From the NCBI GenBank assembly GCA_017396085.1, contig JAFQNC010000026.1, positions 27,843 through 91,842 of the forward strand: DNA of 64,000 bases, written 5' to 3'. The position numbers were made by a program, and so were the translations under genes. The stretch comes from Tidjanibacter sp. (GTDB lineage Bacteria > Bacteroidota > Bacteroidia > Bacteroidales > Rikenellaceae). The notes beneath the pieces are model-generated. The model was not told the DNA's origin, ran no database searches, and was given only the letters and a program-made list of their open reading frames with translations. Positions 37,617 to 45,534 of this stretch are shown here, in pieces (the stretch's first letter is position 1; each line of letters begins with the position of its first letter).

Positions 37617-39308
37617 ATGAAAAAGATTATATACGGTTTTCTGATTGCCACAGCGGCACTGATGGTTGGTTGCAATGACGACTTTCTGGAGCGTCCGCAA
37701 TTTGACCAAATCACCGATGAGAACTTCTGGCAAAACGAGGCCCACCTCCAGAGTGTGGCCAACACCTTCACCACCTGTATGCAGGGTGCCTACTGGCTGA
37801 ACATCACAGAGATTATGGCCGACTTTGCACCTTGGGCCGTAACCACCGCCTTCCGCACCATCGGTGGCGGCAACTATGCCACCAACATCGGCAACCTCAA
37901 CTCCATCTGGGTGAGGGCCTACAATGGTATTGGCACCACCAACTACTTCCTCGCCAACTACAACAGGGCAGTCAATGTGAAGAAAGAAATCAGAGAACGC
38001 TATGCCGCCGAGGCATACTTCTACCGTGCCTACAACTATTGGATTCTGACCAACTACTTCGGCGATGTACCCTACATCACCGAGGTGCAAAACGTGGAGT
38101 CGCCCGATGTCTATCGTGGCAGGGACAAACGCGAGGTGGTGATTGACAACATCACCAAAGACCTCGAGGAGCACTACAAGGCTCTGCCTGAGTACATCCC
38201 CGCAGCAAGCACCGAGTTCGGCCGTGTGTCGCAAGCCGCTGCACTGGTGTTGCTCTCGCGCATCTACCTCTACAATGGTCGCTATGCCGATGCCGTAAAC
38301 GCCTGCGAGAGGGCGATGCAAAACCCCTACCACGAACTCTACACCACCGGCAAGCCCAATGAGGACTACTACAATCTGTTCACCTACACCGGACGTGCCT
38401 CACGTGTGGCAGCCAACAAGGAGACCATCCTCGCCTACGTCTACAACTACGACCTCGGCGAGAAGGCACGCACCTCCCACAACGTGTCGCGTTCCAACTG
38501 GGTACCGGGCGACTATGCTCGTTGGGTCCCCACAAAGAAGGCCATAGAACTCTACCTCACTGCCGATGGCCAGATTTGGGACCCCAAGCAGTGCAACTCC
38601 TATGAGGAGATTTTCCAAAACCGAGACCCCCGTATGTGTCAGACCATCCTCGCTCCCGGCACTCCTTGGACCGGAGGCCCCGATGGCGACATCACCAGCA
38701 CCGACAAGAGCATCTACCGCTACCCGCTGCTCATTAACGACAAGAGCGGTGCGATGACCTACACGGGCTACTATATGCGCAAGTATGTGGAGCCCTCCAC
38801 GGTGAAATATGTGAGCCACGATGACAACGACATCGTGATGATGCGCTACGCCGAGGTGCTTCTCAACTACGCCGAGGCCAAAGAGTTGGACGGCAAACTC
38901 ACCCAGCACGACCTCGACATCAGCATCAACCTCCTGCGTCAGAGGGTTGGTATGGTACCTATGGAACTCGGTAAGTTGCCCGCAGGCAGCGACATCCGCA
39001 CCGAGATTCGCCGTGAGCGCAACGTGGAACTCTTCTACGAAGGCCACCGCTACTTCGACATCATCCGTTGGAGAGAGGGCGAGACTTTGGGTGAGGACCT
39101 TGTGGGCGTAAACCGCAGGTGGCTCGACCAATCGAGGCTAAAAGTGGACCTGAGCACACTTGCGTGGGTTACCATTGATGGCGAGCAGTATCTGTTGTTG
39201 GAGACCGGTCGTACCTTCGACCCCAACAAGCACTACCTGCTCTCAATCCCCTTCGCCCAAATGCAACTAAACCCCAATCTGAAACCCAACAATCCGGGTT
39301 GGAACTAA
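37617..39308 (+). CDS. susD: SusD-family lipoprotein
   Basis: Lipobox LMVGC-NDDFLER; AEAYFYRAYNY, FGDVP, MRYAEVLLNYAEA and RRERNVELFYEGHRYFDIIRW. Confidence 0.96.
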   Translation: MKKIIYGFLIATAALMVGCNDDFLERPQFDQITDENFWQNEAHLQSVANTFTTCMQGAYWLNITEIMADFAPWAVTTAFRTIGGGNYATNIGNLNSIWVRAYNGIGTTNYFLANYNRAVNVKKEIRERYAAEAYFYRAYNYWILTNYFGDVPYITEVQNVESPDVYRGRDKREVVIDNITKDLEEHYKALPEYIPAASTEFGRVSQAAALVLLSRIYLYNGRYADAVNACERAMQNPYHELYTTGKPNEDYYNLFTYTGRASRVAANKETILAYVYNYDLGEKARTSHNVSRSNWVPGDYARWVPTKKAIELYLTADGQIWDPKQCNSYEEIFQNRDPRMCQTILAPGTPWTGGPDGDITSTDKSIYRYPLLINDKSGAMTYTGYYMRKYVEPSTVKYVSHDDNDIVMMRYAEVLLNYAEAKELDGKLTQHDLDISINLLRQRVGMVPMELGKLPAGSDIRTEIRRERNVELFYEGHRYFDIIRWREGETLGEDLVGVNRRWLDQSRLKVDLSTLAWVTIDGEQYLLLETGRTFDPNKHYLLSIPFAQMQLNPNLKPNNPGWN

Positions 39309-39324
39309 CAAGACCTTGACTTCT

Positions 39325-40152
39325 ATGATGAAAAACACACATAAGAAGATTGTGCTCACGTTGGGACTGGTGCTGTGTACGCTGCTGTGTGCATCGCAGC
39401 GTGTGCAAGCCCAAGAGGGAACAATAAGGCTCCGAGTGATGTCGATGAACATCAAAGAGGGAGGCCGGTATTGCGGTTTTCTCTCCGCTCCCTTTGCCGA
39501 GTTGATTAACCAGCACAAGCCCGATGTGGTGTGTTTGCAGGAGGTGGACCACCGCACCACTCGCAACGGAGGGCGTGATTGGTTACACGAGGTGGCAGCC
39601 GCCACGGGTATGATGCCCTATTTCTGTCAATCAATGACCTATCAGGGTGGCGGTTTCGGCACGGCACTATTGTGTCGCTACCCCTTCCACCGACTGACCA
39701 AGATTATCACCACGCTCGAAGGCGCACGAGAGCCGAGGTCCACGGGGTGGCTCTACTTTGCCCTGCCCGAGGGTGGCATTGTGAGGGTGGCCTCCACCCA
39801 CCTTGCGCTGGAGAGTTCGCAGATGACCATTCGCCACTTGGCCGATGTAAACTCCAAACTCTTTGCCGAGGACGAGAGCACTCCCACACTCCTCGTGGGC
39901 GACTTCAATGCCGCCGAGGGTAGCGACCCCATCTCCTATGCGGCCAATCGTTGGGTGGACCTCGGCAGGGGCTACGGCAACACCTACCCTTCCAGCCGTG
40001 AGGACATCACCTATGCTCCGTGTAGGCTCGACTACGTGATGGCCTACCCCAAGACGGGGTGGAGTGTGGTGAGTTATGAGATACTCGACTGCCCCGAACT
40101 CTCCGACCACTGCTTCATCGTGGCCGAGCTGACCTACACACCTAATAACTAA
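39325..40152 (+). CDS. Secreted endonuclease/exonuclease/phosphatase (EEP) family phosphoesterase
   Basis: Signal peptide; intact SMN, LQEVD, STHL, GDFN, LDYV and SDH motifs. Confidence 0.9.
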   Translation: MMKNTHKKIVLTLGLVLCTLLCASQRVQAQEGTIRLRVMSMNIKEGGRYCGFLSAPFAELINQHKPDVVCLQEVDHRTTRNGGRDWLHEVAAATGMMPYFCQSMTYQGGGFGTALLCRYPFHRLTKIITTLEGAREPRSTGWLYFALPEGGIVRVASTHLALESSQMTIRHLADVNSKLFAEDESTPTLLVGDFNAAEGSDPISYAANRWVDLGRGYGNTYPSSREDITYAPCRLDYVMAYPKTGWSVVSYEILDCPELSDHCFIVAELTYTPNN

Positions 40153-40174
40153 AAAAGGAACAACAATAGAGAGT

Positions 40175-41005
40175 ATGACAACACGCACAACAATACAGTT
40201 TCTTTGCAGAGTGTGGCCAATGTTACTGCTCGTGGCATTGGCCACCGCCTGCGGTCCCACTCCCGACAATGGGGGCGGTGGCGGAGGTAACGAAAATGGT
40301 GGTGGCGACTATGTTGCTCCCGAGGTGCCCGAAACGCCCGTGGCAACCAACCTCTTCCGTGTGGACTACTTCACCACGTTGGAGAGCGAGGGTGGTTATT
40401 TTGTGGGCAGAGATGCGGGTGTGGCCTCGCAGTTCATCTCCACTCAGGAGGCCCCGCGCTCGGTGGTCTATATGTTTGACCGATGCGACTTCACGGTAGG
40501 TAGCAAGCAGCCCGCAGTGCAGATGGCACTCGACAACAAAGCCTTCTGCTACTTCCTCCAAACGGGCCCCACCGAGGAGCAGACCACCCGTGGCACCGCC
40601 GCAGTGAGTCGCTATCAGACCTCCTTTGTGGTGGGTGTCTACGAAGAGGGCCTGCACCTGTCGGGCGTAACATTCAACGTGGGCCTCTCCAAACCCACCG
40701 CAATCACCCTCTACACGGCTCGCTTCGACACCACCGAGCAGGTGGCCAAGGCTGTGGAGCACTTTGGGGTGGATTGGCAGAACAATGGTGTGCTCGTGGG
40801 CTCGGTGGCCGTGGAGCAGAAGGAGGCCATAGAGAAGTGGTTGGCGGCCAACTTTGAGGGCTATCGTGTGGCCTTTGCAGGCAGCGAGGGTACCCCCTAC
40901 GATGTGGTGGTACTCTGTCCGGCCCTGATGGTGTGTCGCTCCATTGAGCCACTCAAGACCATCAACCTCACCTATTGGAAAGTAACGATGGAAAAATTTT
41001 TCTAA
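40175..41005 (+). CDS. Lipoprotein, probable catalytically inactive EEP-fold protein
   Basis: Lipobox LATAC; by-eye colinear similarity to the flanking EEPs, with all catalytic residues replaced. Confidence 0.6.
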   Translation: MTTRTTIQFLCRVWPMLLLVALATACGPTPDNGGGGGGNENGGGDYVAPEVPETPVATNLFRVDYFTTLESEGGYFVGRDAGVASQFISTQEAPRSVVYMFDRCDFTVGSKQPAVQMALDNKAFCYFLQTGPTEEQTTRGTAAVSRYQTSFVVGVYEEGLHLSGVTFNVGLSKPTAITLYTARFDTTEQVAKAVEHFGVDWQNNGVLVGSVAVEQKEAIEKWLAANFEGYRVAFAGSEGTPYDVVVLCPALMVCRSIEPLKTINLTYWKVTMEKFF

Positions 41006-41020
41006 CCCGAAAGATAACCT

Positions 41021-41788
41021 ATGAAGAGAACTTTTTTGATACTTGTGGCGGTGCTGGCCGTGAGCCTTGCGGGCTCGGCGAGCGAGCCACTCAAGATTTT
41101 GAGTTACAACCTCCGCTTCGGCGAACTCGCCACCGTGGAGCAGTTGGGCGACTTTGTGGCCTCACAGCAAGCCGACTTTGTGGCCTTGCAGGAGTGTGAT
41201 TGGGCCACCAAGAGGGATAGGGCCCCACACCAACACGGAGTGAAGTTCGTCAGCGAGATTGCCCACAGGGCCGGTATGTTCGGGCTCTATGGCAAGGCCA
41301 TCAACTACAAGGGTGGCTACTACGGTGTGGGCATACTGAGCCGCTACCCCATCATCAAGAGCGAGCGAGTGTTGCTGCCCCACAGGCCCAAAACCGAGCA
41401 GCGCACACTGCTTGTGGCCACCGCCGAACTCCCCGATGGCCAGCTGCTCACCTTTGTGAGTACCCACTTGGAGGTCTCTTCCAGTGAGGCACGTCAGGAG
41501 CAGGTGGAGTTCATCAACCGCTACTTTGCCGAGTGGCCCCACGCTGTTATTTTGGTGGGCGATATGAATGCCGAGCCCCACACCAAGGAGATGCGCTCGC
41601 TGGTGGAAGCAGGGTGGCAGAATATGACCAACGAGGAGAAAACCTACAGTTCCACCAACCCCACAATCAAGATTGACTACATCTTCTACCGTGGTCCCCG
41701 CAAGGCCGAATTGCGCCACACGGAGGTGGTGAAATGGTGTACCCTCTCGGACCACTTCCCCGTGGTTTCGACCATCGCAATGGAGTAA
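41021..41788 (+). CDS. Secreted EEP-family phosphoesterase
   Basis: Signal peptide; SYN, LQECD, STHL, GDMN, IDYI and SDH motifs. Confidence 0.9.
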   Translation: MKRTFLILVAVLAVSLAGSASEPLKILSYNLRFGELATVEQLGDFVASQQADFVALQECDWATKRDRAPHQHGVKFVSEIAHRAGMFGLYGKAINYKGGYYGVGILSRYPIIKSERVLLPHRPKTEQRTLLVATAELPDGQLLTFVSTHLEVSSSEARQEQVEFINRYFAEWPHAVILVGDMNAEPHTKEMRSLVEAGWQNMTNEEKTYSSTNPTIKIDYIFYRGPRKAELRHTEVVKWCTLSDHFPVVSTIAME

Positions 41789-41882
41789 CAACCGAACAAA
41801 CCAAACAATAATAAACCAAACAACAACAAACCAAACAATTAACTTTTTTATTAACCTTTTTTTTCAAAAACATTTTTACGCT

Positions 41883-43211
41883 ATGAAAAAAACATTATTT
41901 GCAATTGCAATGCTGGCAGTAGCACTGGTAGCTTGCGAGAAAGGTCCCGGCGAAGGCGCAGAAAAACTCGATGCAACCATCGCTTTGGCAGAGGGTGTTG
42001 AGGCCACTTTGGCCGAGGGTGTAGCCTATGGTAGCCCCCTTGCCATCAAAGGTACCGTAACCACCACCGCACCCCTCACCGAGGTTGTGCTGACCGGTGT
42101 AGCCAAAAATGGCAACGCCTATGCCGCCAAAGGTAGCGCACAGACTCTCGAGCAGGATGGTAACGAGGTGGACGTGCTGTGGTTTGCCGACACCAAAGAG
42201 GCAACCCACTTGGAGGTTAAACTCGTAGCCGGCAACAAGGCTGCTTCTTTCTACTACGCACTTGGCGCAGTTGAGGGCGAGTTGGCCGGTAGTGCTTGGG
42301 CAATGAGTACTGTTGCTCTCTACGCCGACAACAAAGTTGCTCACAACGTAAATGACAATGTTACTTATCCCGAAGAGAACACCGGTGCAGGTAGCGACAC
42401 CAAATCGTTCTTCTCGATGCACGGTGTTGAAATCAATGGTAAGGTTGAGCACATTCTCTCGCTCAACGAACTCTTGACTGTTGATGGCAAAAATGCTTCG
42501 ATGTGCTGGGTAAACTGCTTGGAGAAAACCGATGCTCTGCCCAAAGAGGGTAAAGAGGGTTTGGACGCTCTCACTTTCATTGGTGGCCAAAGGGGTTACA
42601 TGTTCACCGGTATGAAGAAGACTTCCTTGGGTGGTGGTACCACAGGTCGTCAGTGCGACACTCAGAAGTATGGTGAGCACCAGATTGTTGATGCAAACAT
42701 TGACGTAAACTTCACCTTCAAAGCCATCAACGGCTCGTGGATTGGTGAGAAATACAAAGACGAGGAATACAAATTCATCGATGCAATCTGGCTCAGCATC
42801 AACGACGAACTCACCACCGAAGCCGACAAGATGAGGGCATTCTACCAGTTGAGCAAGATTCAGCAGAAACTTGACAACGCCACTCTCGGTGTTGAGGAAG
42901 AGCCTACCAGCCTTGGTGGTAAGACCTATCTGCGTCGTTGGACAAACGCTGGTCAGACATCCGCAACTGCTCCTACCGAGGGTTTCCGTGCAGGCGACTA
43001 CATCATCATCCGTAGCGAGCGCACCGTAGGCGAGAACACTGTTTACTACTATGGTCTTATTCAGGTTCTTCAACTCGTTGACGATAGCCAGATGTTTACC
43101 TTGCCATCTACCAAGGGTGATTGGATGTGCATTGAACATAGTGCCGCCTATGAGCTCTTTATGAAGCCCAACTACTTCGCTGTTAAATCGCAGATGGAGA
43201 TTGCCAAATAA
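41883..43211 (+). CDS. Surface lipoprotein of unknown function (putative glycan-binding protein)
   Basis: Lipobox LVAC-EK; no family recognised; last gene before a terminator. Confidence 0.75.
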   Translation: MKKTLFAIAMLAVALVACEKGPGEGAEKLDATIALAEGVEATLAEGVAYGSPLAIKGTVTTTAPLTEVVLTGVAKNGNAYAAKGSAQTLEQDGNEVDVLWFADTKEATHLEVKLVAGNKAASFYYALGAVEGELAGSAWAMSTVALYADNKVAHNVNDNVTYPEENTGAGSDTKSFFSMHGVEINGKVEHILSLNELLTVDGKNASMCWVNCLEKTDALPKEGKEGLDALTFIGGQRGYMFTGMKKTSLGGGTTGRQCDTQKYGEHQIVDANIDVNFTFKAINGSWIGEKYKDEEYKFIDAIWLSINDELTTEADKMRAFYQLSKIQQKLDNATLGVEEEPTSLGGKTYLRRWTNAGQTSATAPTEGFRAGDYIIIRSERTVGENTVYYYGLIQVLQLVDDSQMFTLPSTKGDWMCIEHSAAYELFMKPNYFAVKSQMEIAK

Positions 43212-43231
43212 GCAAACCCTAAAACAAACAA

Positions 43232-43281
43232 TTGCCGATGCGGGGAAATTCTATGTGTGGCCCCGCATCGGCAACTTTTTC
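43232..43281 (+). terminator. Intrinsic terminator after the PUL lipoprotein
   Basis: TTGCCGATGCGGGG...CCCCGCATCGGCAA followed by CTTTTTT. Confidence 0.8.
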
Positions 43282-43326
43282 TCAACCACACACACAAGAC
43301 CAACACACTAAAAACAACAACAAATA

Positions 43327-45492
43327 ATGATGAAACTGCTGCAACGATTTTGGATATTTATGGTGGTGTGTGCCACCTTGGTAGGATGTAGTGCCCAACA
43401 GAAGGAGCGCACCCAACAGATTGCTGCGGCACGTGGGGTGATTGAGCGCACACTCGGCGCAGAGCCACAAAACCTCACACTCAAACTTACCGCCCCCACA
43501 GCAGAGGGGCTGGATACCTACAACATCTCGGCCACGGGCGGACACCTCACCATAGAGGGCTCCTCGCCCACGGCTTTGTGCTACGCTTTCAACCACTATC
43601 TCCACCGCGCCTGCCACTCGCAGGTGGTCTGGGGCGGCAAGCACCTGTGTGTGCCCACCGAGTGGCCCGACTACAGCGAAAGCGGCACCTCGCCCTATGA
43701 GTTGCGCTACTTCCTGAACGTGTGCACCTTTGGCTACACCGCCCCCTACTGGGATTGGGAGCGTTGGGAGCAGGAACTCGACTGGATGGCTCTCCACGGA
43801 GTGAACTTCCCCTTGGCAAGCGTGGCCAGCGAGGCCATCGCAAGGCGTGTGTGGGTGCGACTCGGACTCACCCCCGAGGAGGCCGATGCCTTCTTCACGG
43901 GCGCAGCACACCTGCCTTGGCACCGTATGGGCAACCTCAACTCCTTTGACGGCCCCCTCACCGAGGAGTGGCACGAAGGACAAATAGAACTCCAGCACAA
44001 AATACTCGCCCGTATGCGAGAACTCGGTATGAACCCCGTGGCCCCTGCCTTTGCGGGTTTTGTGCCCCCAACATTCATTGAGAAAAACCCCGACATCACC
44101 TACAACCAACTCCTCTGGGGCGGCTTCGACAAGTCGTTCAACGCAGTGGTGTTGGCCCCCAACTCTCCTTGGTTCAGCAAGATTGGACAGCTCTTTGTGG
44201 AGGAGTGGGAGGCCGAGTTTGGGGATGCAACATACTACCTCTCCGATAGTTTCAACGAGATGCGCTTGCCCGTGGAGCCCGGCGACACCGAGGGTAAGCA
44301 CGCCCTGTTGGCCGACTATGGCGAGGCCATCTACAACTCCATCATCGCCGGCGACCCCGATGCCGTGTGGGTAACCCAAGGCTGGACTTTCGGCTACCAG
44401 CACGACTTCTGGGACAAGGAGAGTATGCAGGCCCTGTTGAGCCGTGTACCCGATGATAGGATGATTATCATCGACCTCGGTTGCGACTACCCCAAGTGGG
44501 TGTGGAAAACCGAGCAGACGTGGAAGGTACAAGAGGGTTTCTACGGCAAAAAGTGGATATTCAGCTATGTGCCCAACTTCGGTGGCAAGGTGTTGCCCAC
44601 GGGCGAACTCCAAATGTATGCCACCTCTTCGGCCGAGGCTCTCGCTTCGCCCGCCAAGGGCAACCTCGTAGGTTTCGGCTCGGCCCCCGAGGGCTTGGAG
44701 AACAACGAGGTAGTCTATGAGTTGTTGGCCGATATGGGCTGGACCTCCGAGGCCATCGACCTTGACGAGTGGGTGGAGAACTACTGCACCGCACGCTACG
44801 GAGCCTACAACGAAAACATCAAGGCCGCTTGGGATGCCTTCCGTGGGAGTGTCTACTCCTCGCTCTACTCCTATCCGAGGTTTACGTGGCAGACCGTGGT
44901 GCCCGACCAGCGCCGCAAGAGTGCCCACGACATCAACGACCTCTTTGGCGAGGGTGTTGTACACCTGCTGGCCGCAGCCGAGGAGTGTGGAGGCTCGCCC
45001 CTCTATGTGAACGATGTGGTGGAGATGAGCGCAATGTGGCTCTCCGAGGTGGCCGACCGACACTACGAAAAGGCCCTCTCGCTCAAAGCACGTGGCCACA
45101 AGCGTGCCGCAAAGGCCGAACTCACACAAACCATCGAAATACTCCGCGGTGTAGACGCCCTGTTGGCCCACCACCCCAACCACAGGCTTGAAAATTGGGT
45201 AACCTTGGCCCGCAAGTCGGCCGAGAGTGTGGAGGCCCAAAATGCTGCCGAGGCCAACGCCAAGAGGCTGATTGCAACTTGGGGCGGTTGGCAGGAGGAC
45301 TATGCTGCAAGGCTGTGGAGCGATATGGTGGCCCGCTACTACATCCCTCGTCTGGAAATCTACTTTGCCCACGGAGCCGCCGCCACCGACAAGTGGGAAG
45401 AGGAGTGGATTGGCACCCCGATGACGGAGTTTGCCACCGCAGAGGGCAACCCCGTGGAGCTGGCAAAAAGCCTCGTGGAGCACTATAAGTAG
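43327..45492 (+). CDS. GH89 alpha-N-acetylglucosaminidase (lipoprotein)
   Basis: RYFLNVCTFGY, WERWEQELDWMALHGVN, WHRMGN, DSFNEM and PEGLENN motifs. Confidence 0.95.
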   Translation: MMKLLQRFWIFMVVCATLVGCSAQQKERTQQIAAARGVIERTLGAEPQNLTLKLTAPTAEGLDTYNISATGGHLTIEGSSPTALCYAFNHYLHRACHSQVVWGGKHLCVPTEWPDYSESGTSPYELRYFLNVCTFGYTAPYWDWERWEQELDWMALHGVNFPLASVASEAIARRVWVRLGLTPEEADAFFTGAAHLPWHRMGNLNSFDGPLTEEWHEGQIELQHKILARMRELGMNPVAPAFAGFVPPTFIEKNPDITYNQLLWGGFDKSFNAVVLAPNSPWFSKIGQLFVEEWEAEFGDATYYLSDSFNEMRLPVEPGDTEGKHALLADYGEAIYNSIIAGDPDAVWVTQGWTFGYQHDFWDKESMQALLSRVPDDRMIIIDLGCDYPKWVWKTEQTWKVQEGFYGKKWIFSYVPNFGGKVLPTGELQMYATSSAEALASPAKGNLVGFGSAPEGLENNEVVYELLADMGWTSEAIDLDEWVENYCTARYGAYNENIKAAWDAFRGSVYSSLYSYPRFTWQTVVPDQRRKSAHDINDLFGEGVVHLLAAAEECGGSPLYVNDVVEMSAMWLSEVADRHYEKALSLKARGHKRAAKAELTQTIEILRGVDALLAHHPNHRLENWVTLARKSAESVEAQNAAEANAKRLIATWGGWQEDYAARLWSDMVARYYIPRLEIYFAHGAAATDKWEEEWIGTPMTEFATAEGNPVELAKSLVEHYK

Positions 45493-45534
45493 CGCACGCC
45501 CAGACAAACGAACAAAAAAAACGAACAAACAGAT

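Noticed and set aside
39325-41788. EEP genes as nucleases for a DNA-uptake PUL or defence system
   Set aside because: They are short secreted EEPs inside a SusC/D operon with glycosidases, and no nucleoside catabolism genes are present.
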